A DNA stretch of 64,000 nt from the NCBI RefSeq assembly GCF_006345805.1, contig NC_042998.1, forward strand, positions 121,706,001 to 121,770,000, given 5' to 3'. The position numbers and the translations under genes were made by a program. The notes beneath the pieces are model-generated. The model searched no databases. It saw nothing but the letters and a program-made list of their open reading frames with translations, and was not told the origin of the DNA. Within the stretch, counting starts at the first letter, position 1, and the number at the start of each line of letters is the position of its first letter. Of the stretch, positions 25,431 through 38,754 are shown piece after piece. The stretch comes from Octopus sinensis (taxonomy: Eukaryota).

Positions 25431-25878
25431 TAATTATTTTCTTTTCTTAACCAGTTATTTTATTCTGTATAGAACTGGAACTAAATTCTAAAATGAGAAA
25501 TGGAAAGAAAATATATTATTGGTTCTGAGATTTCTGTCTGCAGTAGTGGAAATGGACAAAATTTAATCTGAGAAAGAAGGATATTTTTCAACTATAAGAA
25601 AGATTCTCAATTTACAAGAATACATTTCTTCTCTGCTTATATTTGTATATATATATTTTTTCTTTCATTTCTATGTTAATATAATAACTGCATCGTCAAG
25701 CAAATGATATATCTCTCAGATAACTTCATCTCAGCAACAACCATCATCATATTTTTGTCTTACATATTACAGTTGTTGTTTTTGTATAATATATATATGT
25801 ATACATACAAATCTATACACTCATACATATACATACATACATATATGTGTGTGTGTATATATAAATGTATGTATATAT

Positions 25879-25931
<53 letters not shown>

Positions 25932-26339
25932 CATGTATATATAACTCTATACATCTTTTTTCTATCCATATATATGCAAACATATATACACACATGCACA
26001 TATATATAAATGTAATGTAATATATTATATACATGCACACACAAACATGCATACATATATATGTGTGTGTGTTTATACACACACACACACACACATGGTG
26101 GGAGTTCACTCATGACTGAGTAAGACCAACTCCTAGACTCATTTCATTCTAAGAAACTTCCCAATTTGGTCTCTTCATTGCTGATGACATCTCACATAGC
26201 TCCTAAGGCCTGCAAGGAACATAGAAATCATTCCACACAGACTACGTATCAGCCCCTGCCCCCAGCAACCAGACCATCTGAATGTTGGGATGTACAATAC
26301 CAAGTGAGTCCACTGGCTAACCCACACAATCTGCTACAC

Positions 26340-27260
26340 AAGGTGCACAAAAGATCATGCTAAATATCACATTGATAGATGGGGTGCTCCCATGACCACA
26401 TTTGTGGCTGAGTAGGCCTGTTTTTGAGGAGCAGACATGACCATACTGATCACATGAGAAAGGCTCTTTCATATCCTCCTCAGGACGAGGGTTCACATCC
26501 TCCATATATTTACCATATTTATTAGGATGTTTCAACTCAGTGTATGCAATTCTGTTGTTTTTAAATTCTTTAATACTATTAGCAATCAAATACTTCCACT
26601 GCTCCCTGGTTGATGCAAGACTTTCTCAGGCTTTGATATTGATATTGATTTTTTTAAATGTGTTTTAAGATTGTCTTTGAAACACTTGTGTGGCTTGCCC
26701 CAGGGATATCTTCCATGACCAAGCTCACCAAACAACACCTGTTTAGGTATGTAAGTTTCCTCGCAATATAAAAGATGACCAGATCATCTATGTTAGTGTT
26801 TCATAATTGTGGATTTGATACTTTTCATTTTCACCAGCTGCGTTACTCTTGTATGAAGTACATAAGATCACCATGAGATATTCAGTCTATTACACAAGTA
26901 TCACTCATGGAATCACTCAAGATTTTGGATATACTTGACAGTAGGTCATCCTGGGTTGACATCCATACAATAGTGCTGTTATGACACATGCTTGATAGAT
27001 TTCAACCTTCTACTTTCATGTTTGATTATGACCAGAACCTTATGATCAAGCTTTCTGAACACATCACAGGTCTTAGGAAATCTATTGCTAATCTCCTGAA
27101 GTTAAGCATCAACCCAGAAAGCCTCTCATGCCTTAGGAGTTATTTACATATATATTCATAGGTGGATTTGAACCCAGTAGTACATTAAATAAATTTCATA
27201 AAGCATATACTATGTAGCTAATACAGTTCTAACAACCAGTCAGATGACCTTCTTTGGGTG
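26340..27260 (-). mobile_element. Decayed RTE (BovB-like) LINE 3' part
   Basis: ORF 26317-26589 ends PFSCDQYGHVCSSKTGLLSH, the RTE C-terminal 'C..C.R.C.SR.GL.SH' motif. Confidence 0.7.
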
Positions 27261-27613
27261 CAGATGTATGTGTGTCTAGCAGCATCACTGTCCCAAATGT
27301 GGCAGCAGTATTCCACAGTTTCATGGTATTTTTATTACTGTTATAAAAGTTGTTGCTTTTGTTTATTGTTGTTATTGTTGTTTTTGTTGTTGTTTTTATT
27401 GTTTCCTGTTACATTTGAAATTGCTACTGTTGCCATTGTTGCTGTTCCCCTGTTGAAGTCAATGTAGTGGTGGTAGAATCTGTGGTGTACTGGAGAAAAT
27501 ACCTTGCTGTACTTACTTGCCCCTCTTTATGTTCTGTGTCCCAAACTGACCAAGTGGTTGACTTACAGGATGCATAAAATAGTGACTGACAAGTTATGTA
27601 CTGAATGATTTAA

Positions 27614-27823
27614 CTCTTTGGCAGTCAGATTACTCTGCCACATGTAATGCTTATTTATTCAAATTGCTTTGAATTAATCATGCATTATCTCATAGTTTCA
27701 AGATTCAATGATGTGTTATTTAGCTTTAGAATAGGGTAGGTGTGAGAGGCTAGATCGGGTCAGTTTGAACATAAAACAGGAAGAATATTTCAGCTGGATT
27801 TGGCCAGTTAAAATGCTGAAGGG
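27614..27823. mobile_element. piggyBac-like MITE
   Basis: TTAA on both sides (27610-27613, 27824-27827); ends CTCTTTGGCAGT and AATGCTGAAGGG are degenerate inverted repeats. Confidence 0.5.
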
Positions 27824-29303
27824 TTAATTCTTTATGTCCGTCAGTAAAATTTTTGGCCTTGTGCTTTTGCAAGGAAATACTTATTTATAGCCTTACTGTT
27901 GTTGCTGTAGTTGTTGTAGTTATTGTAGCTATTGCTATTACTGCTGCTGTTGTTGATAGTTTTAGTTCCAGGTTAGACCTGATCAAGCAAACCTATGACC
28001 AAAGGAACTTCTCTCATGAACACTCTTCCTGCTTTTTGTTCTTCAGACATATGTCTAAGGATACATTATCTAATTTTTTTTGTTTTTGTAGACAGGAGGG
28101 TATGGTTTGGAAAAGATTTGGATGTTATTTCTAGCTGGTTGAGGGACTGTGTAGGGGCTTGTTATTCTTGCTACTTATTGCTCTCATCATCATTGTTATC
28201 ATTATTGTCATCGTTGTCATCATCATCATCATCATTTAGCATCTGCTTTCCTTGCTAGCATGAGTTAGATGGTTTGACTGAAACTGGTAAGCCAGAGAGC
28301 TGCTCCAAGTACCAGTCTGATTTGGCATGGCTTCTATCACTGGATGCTCTTCCTAATGTCAACCAATCTAAGAGTGTAATGGGTGCATTTTATGTGCCAC
28401 TGGCATGGGTGCCGTTTACATGACACTGGCATTGGCCATGACTATTATTTCATGCAATGTTATTTTAACACCACTTTTACCAATTCATGACAAAGTATAT
28501 TAATGTTGATCACACCTGGTCAATATATTTAGTTACAGAAACATGGTTGAAAAGCAAATGTAAAATTGACACAGAAAACATATTACTTTCAATGGCACAC
28601 TCAAATGAATTGTTTTGTTCTCTAATTGAAAGAGTCTTGAAGAATTTTAACCTTTGCTCTTCTTTCAAATTTCCAGCAAAATTCCGGTCAAAAATAATTG
28701 AAAGTCAAGTGCTATTAAAATTCCTGATTAGAACAAACTATTAGCCAAATTGGTAAGTGCTGATAGATTGAAATTTGAATTAAAGCTGCAACTAGAAAAT
28801 GAAATAGTTAATCATTAAGAAATTAGAAAGAAAGAAAAAAATACCCCCCCCCCCCCCCCGCAAAAATAACACAAAACACAATTAAATTGAAAATGTAACA
28901 AAATTAAAATAAAACAAAAACTACAAATAAAGAAACAAACAAACATGAAAGGGGGGAATTAAATATGAATTAATTATAAGACGAAGACTTTTGAAAGAAA
29001 GCGCTTATGAAAAAATAATTCTTTTTTCTGAAAGATGGCAGGCTGGAGGAGGAAGACTCATTAAATCACTTCTTAAGAATTCTATGTTATTTATTGGTAC
29101 TTGAGGGTTGGGGTATAATATGGTTTTAATATAGTTTATAGAATTATGCGATGGTACAGCAATTTATTTTCTCAATTGGTAAGATGTTGAGTACATTGGA
29201 CAAATATCTGTGCGTGCGTGTGTGTTTGTGTGTGTGTGTGTGAGAGTGTACATATATTAGAGTAGAATATTAAAATAGTATAGTTTTCATAAAGCATTGT
29301 CTA

Positions 29304-29388
<85 letters not shown>

Positions 29389-29405
29389 ATATATCATATT
29401 ATATT

Positions 29406-29733
29406 ATATGAATGCTTTGAATATTTTTTAAGGTCAAAATAATGCAAGTTAAAAAATTAAAAATACAGGTCAATGATTAATACTATTACCTGGTATTTTA
29501 ATATTTTAAGGTTAGAACTGTATCTTCAGAAAAATCTATGGAGAAAAGGTGTTGATAAGTGACACATACTACAGAGCAGAGACTGCAGCTATCAACACCT
29601 TTTCTCTGTAGATTTCCTGAGGAAGAGGTCTTAACCCTTAAATACTAGGCAACAGTACTGACCTTGATCTGCGTATAAAATCTTTTTAACTTGCATACTT
29701 TTGACTATAAAATAATATTTAAAACATTTATAT
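29406..29733. mobile_element. Fold-back palindromic element of about 330 bp between (TA)n tracts
   Basis: Arms align throughout (for example AAATCTATGGAGAAAAGGTGTTGATA vs TATCAACACCTTTTCTCTGTAGATTT, 24/26); loop 29558-29589. Confidence 0.85.
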
Positions 29734-29785
29734 ATACATACAAACATGCATATATATATATATATGATGATGATGATGATGATGA

Positions 29786-29835
<50 letters not shown>

Positions 29836-30300
29836 GCACTCATCCATTGTGTTAAAAAACCTGGTGAAGGATGTTAGCAAGAGAATCATGAACCTTTCCT
29901 TCAGCCAAGAGATTTTTGATGCAGCAACCCCTACTGTAATGAGGCTCTAGCTGGTAGCAGATTTAGGGACAGCATCTCCTACATGCTGGGCCCCAATATC
30001 CGTAGAATGAAGCATTGCAGAAATATTATTTGGGTTGCTCCACCTTTTCTCTTAACATAAAAACGTCTGTAGGTAGGATATTCCTTAAGTTAATAGATAA
30101 ACATTTCACACATTCACATAAGTACAGATGTATTTTAAACAGGCACAACCTTAAGACCTCTTTTTTAGCTGTGCCCCCAATACTAAGAGGATTCTAGTTA
30201 GCACCCCAAAACCACAAGCGGAGGCAGGGACCACAACAGATGTCCAGTGAGAGGCCACTGCAAAACCAAAGGAGTCATCTATGAAGCTGAGGCTGACCCT
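29836..30300 (+). mobile_element. Penelope-like element fragment (RT thumb, linker, start of GIY-YIG)
   Basis: ORF 30015-30197 FSLNIKTSVGRIFLKLIDKHFTHSHKYRCILNRHNLK and GHCKTKGVIYEA match PLE linker motifs. Confidence 0.8.
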
Positions 30301-30408
30301 AACAGCAGCAACAACATCAGCAGCTTCCCCAATGGCTACTACAGCAGCAGCAGAAGAGACACAAACAGAACCAATGGCAGTACCATCGCCAGCAATAACA
30401 ACAATAAT

Positions 30409-30570
30409 ATGCTTTATTTAAAAGCTGCAGAAATATAACAAAAGCTGTTACTCAGAGTTTCATGTTCCTGTTCGTTGGAAGTTTTGTTAAAAAAAAAACT
30501 GTCCGACGAACAGGAACGTGAAAGTGAGTAACAGCTTTTGTTATATTTCTGCTGCTTTTAAATAAAGTAT
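30409..30570. mobile_element. Head-to-head pLTR palindrome with a hammerhead motif on each arm
   Basis: Near-perfect arms around a loop at about 30479-30501. Right arm CTGT-CCGACGA-ACAGGAACGT-GAAA-GTGAGTA-ACAG; left arm (minus) CCAACGA-ACAGGAACAT-GAAA-CTCTGAGT-A-ACAG. Confidence 0.85.
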
Positions 30571-30649
30571 ATTACTCTACCACTGGTATTTGAGTAATCT
30601 TTTTTCCACCTTGTTTCATATTTATGTTCTTACTCCAGTTTATATATGT

Positions 30650-31020
30650 ATCTGTTACCCCACCGCCGCTTGACAACTGATGTTGGGATGTTTACAAACC
30701 CGTAACTTAGCAGTTCAGCAAAAGAGTCTGATAGAATAAGTACTAGGTTTACAAAGAATAAGTCTTGGGGTCGATTTGTTCGACTAAAGAATATATATAT
30801 ACATTCTTTTATTCTTTTACTTATTTTAGTCATCTGACTGTGGCCATGCTGGAGCAATGCCTTAAAGAGTTGTAGTTAAAGAAATTGACCCAGGACATAT
30901 TCTTTGTAAGCCTAGTACTTATTCTGTTGGTGTCTTTTGCTGAACTGCTAAGTTATGGGGATATAGACCCACCAGCATCAGTTGTCAAGCAACGGTGGGG
31001 AAACAAACACAGACACAAAT
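30650..31020. mobile_element. Two SINE 3' halves in inverted, tail-to-tail orientation
   Basis: 30664-30780 (+) aligns with the reverse complement of 30881-30994; both match the 43787 SINE family. Confidence 0.75.
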
Positions 31021-31138
31021 ATATATATATATATATATGTGGTGGGGGAATAAATACAAATGCACACTCATGAATGTATACATACATACATATATGTGTG
31101 TGTGTGTGTGTATTGTATTGTGTGTGTGTGTATATATA

Positions 31139-31144
31139 TATATA

Positions 31145-31185
<41 letters not shown>

Positions 31186-32412
31186 GAGAGGCTTCTTTTA
31201 ATTTCCATCTACCAAATCCACTTACAAAGCTAAAGGCTATAACAGAAGACACATGCCCAAGGTGCCGTACAGTGGGACTGAACCTGGAACTATGCAACTG
31301 GGAAGCATGCTTCTTACCACACAGTCACGCCTGATATATGTATGTGTGTATATGAAGAGAAAGAGTGGTAAATGTGAAGACAAGGAAGCAGACACTTTTT
31401 CATCTTTTCACCTTCATTTGTCTTGTTTTTAATTACTTTTAATTTCCCCTTATTCAGTTACAATATTTCATCCTCCTGCTTTACCTTCCTAACCTCCCCT
31501 ACTAACAGCATTACTCTGTTGTCTTTCTTTACTATATACCATAACCATGTTGCCTGAGATACATCAAACATTATCTGTCTATATTGTTTCATATATATAT
31601 CACTGTGATCACCGTGACCGACCAGGCTATCAGATGTTGCTACACATCGCTGGTCACAATGCACTTCGCATTGTTTTAGCCATCAAATGACGCCACCCCG
31701 CTGGCTAAGTGAGCAGGCCAACAGAAGAAAGAGTGAGAGAAAGTTGTGGCGAAAGACTACAGCAGGGATCGCCACCCCACTGCCGGAGCCTTGTGGAGCT
31801 TTAGGTGTTTTTGCTCAATAAACACTCACACGCCCGGTCTGGGAATCGAAACCGCGATCCTACGACCACGAGTCTGCTGCCCTAATCACTGGGCCATATA
31901 TATATATGTACACACACACTCTTTTAGTCTTTTTACTTGTTTCAGTCATTTGACTGTGGCCATGCTGGAGAACTGCCTTTAGTTGAGTAAATTGACCCCA
32001 CAGCTTATTCTTTGTAAGCCTAGTACTTATTCTATCAGTCTCTTTTGTTGAACTGCTAAGTTACAGGGATGTAAACACACCAGCATTGGTTGTCAAGCAA
32101 TGTTGGGGAGACAAACAGACACACAAACACATACATACATATACACATATATACATATATGACGGGCTTCTTCCAGTTTCTGTCTACCAATCCACTCATA
32201 AGGTTTTGGTTGGCCTGAAGCTATAGTAGAAGACACAGTTGCCCAAGGTGCCATGCAGTGGGACTGAATCTAGGACCATGTGGTTGGTGGGCAAGCTACT
32301 TACCACACAGCCATCCCTGTGCCTATATATAAGTTAGAGGTTATGCAACCATCTAAGGGATAATGGACAAGTAAAAGAGTAAAAGAGAGTAAAGAGTGTA
32401 TATATATATATA

Positions 32413-32455
<43 letters not shown>

Positions 32456-33670
32456 GAGAGGCTTCTTTTAATTTCCATCTACCAAATCCACTTACAAAGC
32501 TAAAGGCTATAACAGAAGACACATGCCCAAGGTGCCGTACAGTGGGACTGAACCTGGAACTATGCAACTGGGAAGCATGCTTCTTACCACACAGTCACGC
32601 CTGATATATGTATGTGTGTATATGAAGAGAAAGAGTGGTAAATGTGAAGACAAGGAAGCAGACACTTTTTCATCTTTTCACCTTCATTTGTCTTGTTTTT
32701 AATTACTTTTAATTTCCCCTTATTCAGTTACAATATTTCATCCTCCTGCTTTACCTTCCTAACCTCCCCTACTAACAGCATTACTCTGTTGTCTTTCTTT
32801 ACTATATACCATAACCATGTTGCCTGAGATACATCAAACATTATCTGTCTATATTGTTTCATATATATATCACTGTGATCACCGTGACCGACCAGGCTAT
32901 CAGATGTTGCTACACATCGCTGGTCACAATGCACTTCGCATTGTTTTAGCCATCAAATGACGCCACCCCGCTGGCTAAGTGAGCGGGCCAACAGAAGAAA
33001 GAGTGAGAGAAAGTTGTGGCGAAAGACTACAGCAGGGATCGCCACCCCACTGCCGGAGCCTTGTGGAGCTTTAGGTGTTTTTGCTCAATAAACACTCACA
33101 ACGCCCGGTCTGGGAATCGAAACCGCGATCCTACGACCACGAGTCTGCTGCCCTAATCACTGGGCCATATATATATATGTACACACACACTCTTTTAGTC
33201 TTTTTACTTGTTTCAGTCATTTGACTGTGGCCATGCTGGAGAACTGCCTTTAGTTGAGTAAATTGACCCCACAGCTTATTCTTTGTAAGCCTAGTACTTA
33301 TTCTATCAGTCTCTTTTGTTGAACTGCTAAGTTACAGGGATGTAAACACACCAGCATTGGTTGTCAAGCAATGTTGGGGAGACAAACAGACACACAAACA
33401 CATACATACATATACACATATATACATATATGACGGGCTTCTTCCAGTTTCTGTCTACCAAATCCACTCATAAGGTTTTGGTTGGCCTGAAGCTATAGTA
33501 GAAGACACAGTTGCCCAAGGTGCCATGCAGTGGGACTGAATCTAGGACCATGTGGTTGGTGGGCAAGCTACTTACCACACAGCCATCCCTGTGCCTATAT
33601 ATAAGTTAGAGGTTATGCAACCATCTAAGGGATAATGGACAAGTAAAAGAGTAAAAGAGAGTAAAGAGTG
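31139..33670. repeat. Near-identical tandem duplication, unit about 1270 bp
   Basis: 31183-32398 vs 32453-33670: I found one substitution (GAGCAGGCC/GAGCGGGCC) and two 1-bp A-run indels; junctions lie in (TA)n tracts. Confidence 0.93.
31598..31897 (-). mobile_element. tRNA-derived SINE, second family (duplicated at about 32868-33168)
   Basis: Minus strand has A box TGGCCCAGTGATTAGG and B box GGTTTCGATTCC; head and body align with 45926-46113. Confidence 0.85.
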
Positions 33671-33701
<31 letters not shown>

Positions 33702-33969
33702 CAATTTATATACATTTATAAAGAGAGAGAAAGAGAGAGTGTGTTTTGCAACAAACGAAAAAAGTTGTTTATATTGAATGATGATCCTATAAGATTTGTC
33801 TCATACCAAGACATATAAATAATGCCTCACCTCAGAAAGGGAAAAAAAACCTTAAAGAAAATGATTTGATTTTTAAAGAATATTTGAATTTAACTTCAAA
33901 TTCATCCATTCAAAATTCTTAGAATAAAATGTACATTGAAAGTTTCAGAAAGATGCTATTATTTGCTAG

Positions 33970-34062
33970 GTGATGGGTTTGACAAGAAAAATGGAAACAA
34001 GCAAGAATTTTTCAATTTATATATGTATATACGTTATCCTGCTCCTCCTTTTATATTCCTTG
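33970..34062 (+). CDS. Candidate 93-nt symmetric (phase 1-1) exon of an unidentified gene
   Basis: Acceptor TATTATTTGCTAG|G, donor TTG|GTAAAA, open frame GDGFDKKNGNKQEFFNLYMYIRYPAPPFIFL, in non-repetitive sequence. No homology recognised. Confidence 0.35.
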
Positions 34063-34499
34063 GTAAAAGATTTTTTTTTTTTGAAGAATGTAGTGGAGTT
34101 TTTCTGTTAAATCTGATAAGCTATTAAATTTAAATGATTTTTATGTCCCAAGTTACACATTTTAATTTTATTTGGTTGGAATAGAAGTTATAATACAGAA
34201 AGATTTAGTTTACTTAGGTTGTTTAAAAATAAAATAAAATCTTTAGATATAATTTGAGAGATCGTTAGTGTTGTTAGAAGCCGAATCTATGTCAACATGG
34301 AAAAGTAAACATTTCAAAATATGAGTAAAAGTGTGAACTGAAATATATTTACCTTCCTATAAAAGAACAGTATTATTTTAAATTGCTAACAAGATTTACC
34401 TGACATTTTCTCATAAAAATTTATACCTACATACATGCATGGTATATGTATGTATGTACATATATATTTATATATACATGAGTGTGTATATGTATATGT

Positions 34500-35065
34500 A
34501 TATTTATATAATAATATAATAATGAAATTATTGTATACAGTGCTCAGATGCACTACAACTTGTCAAAAGTGTGTATAAAGCATATGCAGTAATGTACAAA
34601 TGTCTGGAAAGTGAACTGTGTAAGAGTCAGATACATACATACGTGTGTATGAAGGGGAGAAAATCAGGTGTAGTGTTGGCGAATCTCAGGAAGTATGGAA
34701 GTTTTGAAGGATGCAGTGCTCCGACAACTAACAACTGATGCCGGCAGTTTATTCCATACTTCAGCAAATCTTAACGTGAAAAAATGTTTCCGAAAGTCAT
34801 GGAAGCTGTGCTATCTTCTGACTTTGTAAACATGTCCACGGGTGTTAGACAGGTGGAGTTTGAAAAGGTGCTCAGAATTATTGTTAGTAAGATGGTTAAT
34901 AATTTTATGGGTGTCTGCCAAGTCAGTTGCCAGATGTTGGTGTTTCAACGTATCCATGCCCAGGGAAGTAAGGCATTCAGAATATTGCAAATGCCTGATG
35001 GAGGGTATTCTCTTCTTGGTTGCATGTCGCTGAATGGTTTCCAAACAATATCCTGGGCAAGAATA
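34500..35065 (-). mobile_element. CR1-clade LINE 3' end
   Basis: Minus translation DLADTHKII...LFKLHLSNTRGHVYKVRR...FFTLRFAEVWNKLPASVV is the CR1 'TRGH..K...FF..R....WN.LP' terminus. Confidence 0.85.
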
Positions 35066-35185
35066 TATATATATATATCATCATCATCATCATCGTTTAA
35101 CGTCCGTTTTCCGCGCTAGCACGGGTTGGACGGTTCGACCGGGGTTTGGGGAGCCAGGGGCTGCCCCAATATAATATATTATATA

Positions 35186-35256
<71 letters not shown>

Positions 35257-35344
35257 ATGTGAGTGTAATGTATATTTATATATATATATATGTATGTTTA
35301 TGATATATGCATATTTATATATATATATGTATGTTTATGAATAT

Positions 35345-35715
35345 CATCATCATCATCATCATCATTTAGCGTCCGTTTCATGCTAGCATGGGTTGGACGG
35401 TTCTACTGGGGTCTGTGAAGCCAGAAGGCTTCATCAGGCCCAGTCAAATCTGGCATGTTGTTTATACGGCTGGATGCCCTTCCTAACGCCAACCACTCTG
35501 AGTGTAGTGGGTGCTTTTACGTGCCACCGCACTGGTGCCAGACAGAGCTGGCAAACGGCCACGAACGGATGGTGCTTTTTATGTGCCACCGGCACGAGGC
35601 CAGGCGAGGCTGGCAACGGACACGAAACGGGGCGGTGCTGGCAACGGTCGCGAAACGGAAAGTTCTCTTACATGCCACCGGCACTGGTAACACATCTGCA
35701 ATTTCCATTGATCGA
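35345..35715 (-). mobile_element. RTE-tail repeat with tandem GTGCCACCGGCAC modules
   Basis: Same tail as 3728-4100 and 8040-8735; a shorter copy lies at about 35080-35170. Confidence 0.75.
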
Positions 35716-36684
35716 TTTCGATTCTGATCCTATATGCATATATATATATATATATATATAAAATGGACTTTAAACGATGATGATGAGGATAATGATGATA
35801 TATATATATGTATATACACACATACACATGTATATATACATGTGTGTGTGTGTATATTATATAAATGTTCTATATTTTTTCCATCAATGAACTGATTTGG
35901 GTATGTATATTTCTGACATTACAATAATTGGCAGCTTCTCTTTTGGGTCTACATAACTTCCTGTCTTGAAGAGATATAATTACCACCACTTTCCAGAATC
36001 ACTGGATCTTATCTTTTCATCTTCGATTGAGCTCCAAAATATTTTCAACAACTGCACACTAACAACCAGCTCTATCATTATAATCAACAGCTTCACTTCA
36101 TTGTTTATCAAAGCATATCATTAAGTGACAATTCAATTTCTCTAACTGTATTACTCTTTTTGATGATTCAATTCTTGCAAAATTGTAAGTTGACTTGTTT
36201 GACCTTGATAAACAAGTGTTGCAACTTTATACAGCTCTATTAAATGTAGTTGATTAAGATTAGCTACACTCCCTCCTCCACAAAAAATATGGACCCAAAA
36301 ATTTCAGCAAAGTTTAGTTTCCATGGTCAAAATACCTGTCATTTAGTAATATTCAGATTAATAACATTTAGGTTAAGGGCATCTGGAAGAGTGATATTGC
36401 TTAAAGAAAATTCTAAAATGAAGGTAGCAAAGCTGAAAAAAAAAAAAAAAAAAAAAAACTGGAAGAAAGAGAAGAAAATGGTTGTTTGGAATGATTTACA
36501 GAAATGAAGAACCTGTTGTAATCTTTCAGAATTCTGAAAAATCCACAAATGCAATTAGTAAAATGAACTTTGGTAGTGGGATACTACAACAACAATGCCG
36601 CTGTCGCCGCTGCCGATCGGACAGCGACGGTGATGACGGTGGCAGCGACGACGACGACAACAATAACAACAACAACAACAATTA

Positions 36685-38720
36685 TTGACCCATTGCTTGT
36701 CTTAACCTTTTATGGAAAGTATTAACAGGCACCCTTGCAGGGAAAATATATTTGTTGCTTGTGAAAAATAATCTACTTACAGTAGAACAAAAAGATCCAA
36801 GGGCACCAAGGACCACCTTGTGATAGACAAAGTTGTAATGAAGAACTGCAAATGGTACCAAAAAAACTTGTGCATGACCTGGATAGACTTTAAAAAGGCT
36901 TATGACCTGTTGCCGCATTTGTGAATTTTGGAAACACTCGGCATGTGTGGAGTAACTGAGAATGTGTGTGCACTGATTAAGAACAGCATACCTAGTTGAA
37001 AAATACATCTTTTCTGTAACAACTAGCACTTAGCTGAGGTAACAATCAAAAGAGGTATCTTCCAGGGATACTCTTGTTCACCTTTATTATTTGTTATAGC
37101 CTTGATCCCACTTTCTGTAGTCATACGCAAAGGACTACTTTCTGTAGTCCTATGAGTTGAGAAAGAATGAACCTCATCTCAACCACCTTCTTGTCATAGA
37201 TGATTTAAAACTGTTTGCAAAAACAGAGCCTGAAATAGAGAGGCTGGTTGAGATTGTACAAATGTGCAGTAAGGATATAAGGATGGAATTCGGTATCTCG
37301 AATTTGAAATGGAGGAAAAGAGCAAATTGTAAAGACATAGTATTGCCAAATGGAGAGAATGAAAGACCCAGATGATGATGTGTACAAGCACCTTGGGATC
37401 TTGGAGCTGGACAATATCTTGCACAGAGAAATGAAAGATAAGGCCATCACTACACTTTTGAAGTGCTTCAAACTTCTCTTGACATCAAAACTCAATTCAA
37501 GGAACCTTGTGACTGCCATCAACATATGGGCTGTTGCTGTAGTCTGATATAGTGCACCCTTCCTGAAATGGATACGAATGGAGATTGACCAACTGACTTG
37601 CACAACCTGAAAGACAATGACATTGAATGGTACCCTACACTCTAAATAAATGTACATGGGCTGTACATGAAGAGGTGTAAAGGTGGATTTGGACTGATTA
37701 GCATATGGGAGGGAATCAACAGTGAAAGAAGAAACGTGGCAGAGTATTTGGTAAATAGTAAATGACCTGCTACTGAATGCTGCTAATGCAGAAGGAGTTA
37801 CCAAAAATGAACTTGAGTGCAGTAATCCATTCCAATCACAAATAGCTAACAAGAGAGAAGAAACTCTACTCTGCATGGAATTACGTGGTCAGTTTTACTG
37901 TGAAATTAACAACTTAAAAGATCAGAATGCATCATGGAGGTGGGTTAGCAAGAGTGACCTAAAAAAGAAGACTTGAAAGCTCAATCATCATTGCCCAGGA
38001 TCAAGCATTGAATATCAACTCAGTGAAAAGTGATATATACCACACAAGTGCAACGAATCTCTGCAGAATATGTGGAAAGAAGGTTAAAAGCATTACTCAC
38101 ATTGTTAGTGCTTGTGAAAGTCGTGCGCAGAAAGAGTACAAGCACAGACATGACAAGGTAGTGCAGAACCTTCACTGGCTACTATGCCAGAAGTATGGAT
38201 ACAAGGTAACAGGTGCTTGGTACCAACGTACACCAGAAGAGGTAATGGACAGAAAGGAGAAAGCAAAAATCCTCTGGGACTTTGACTTCCAAACAGACAA
38301 GGTGTTAGAGCACCAAAGGCTGGACATAGTAACCTTTAGGAGGAACAAACAATAATTGACAAGGCAGTGCCAGGAGGTCAACATATTTTCATAAAAGAAA
38401 GAGAAAAGATTGATAAATATGGAGACCTGAGAATTGAGATCACCAAGATGTGGCAGCTATGATAGTCAAATATAAAGGTTGTCCTGATTGTCAACGGCGC
38501 ATTGGGTTCAATACCATCCAACCTGAAGAAACATTTGGGAACTTTAGAAATGCCCTATAATCTAGGTGTATTGCAAAAATTGGCATTACTTGGAACAGCA
38601 TGCATATTGTGTAAAGTACTGTCTGTCTGAGGTACTTGTTGTGGCTTGATAGACAATACAAACCCCCGGTAGACTCAATATCTTCAATCAACATTACGAT
38701 ATTGGATACTGTGCAACATC
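36685..38720 (+). mobile_element. 5'-truncated R4/Dong-like LINE (RT plus restriction-like endonuclease), decayed
   Basis: Broken motifs PIACLNLLWK, WIDFKKAYD, RGIFQG, HLLVIDDLKLFAK, CRICGKK...THIVSAC...RHDKV and KILWDFDFQTDKVLEHQRLDIV; (AAT)n tail at about 38724-38745. Confidence 0.88.
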
Positions 38721-38754
38721 TTAAATAATAATAATAATAATAATGATTATTAAT

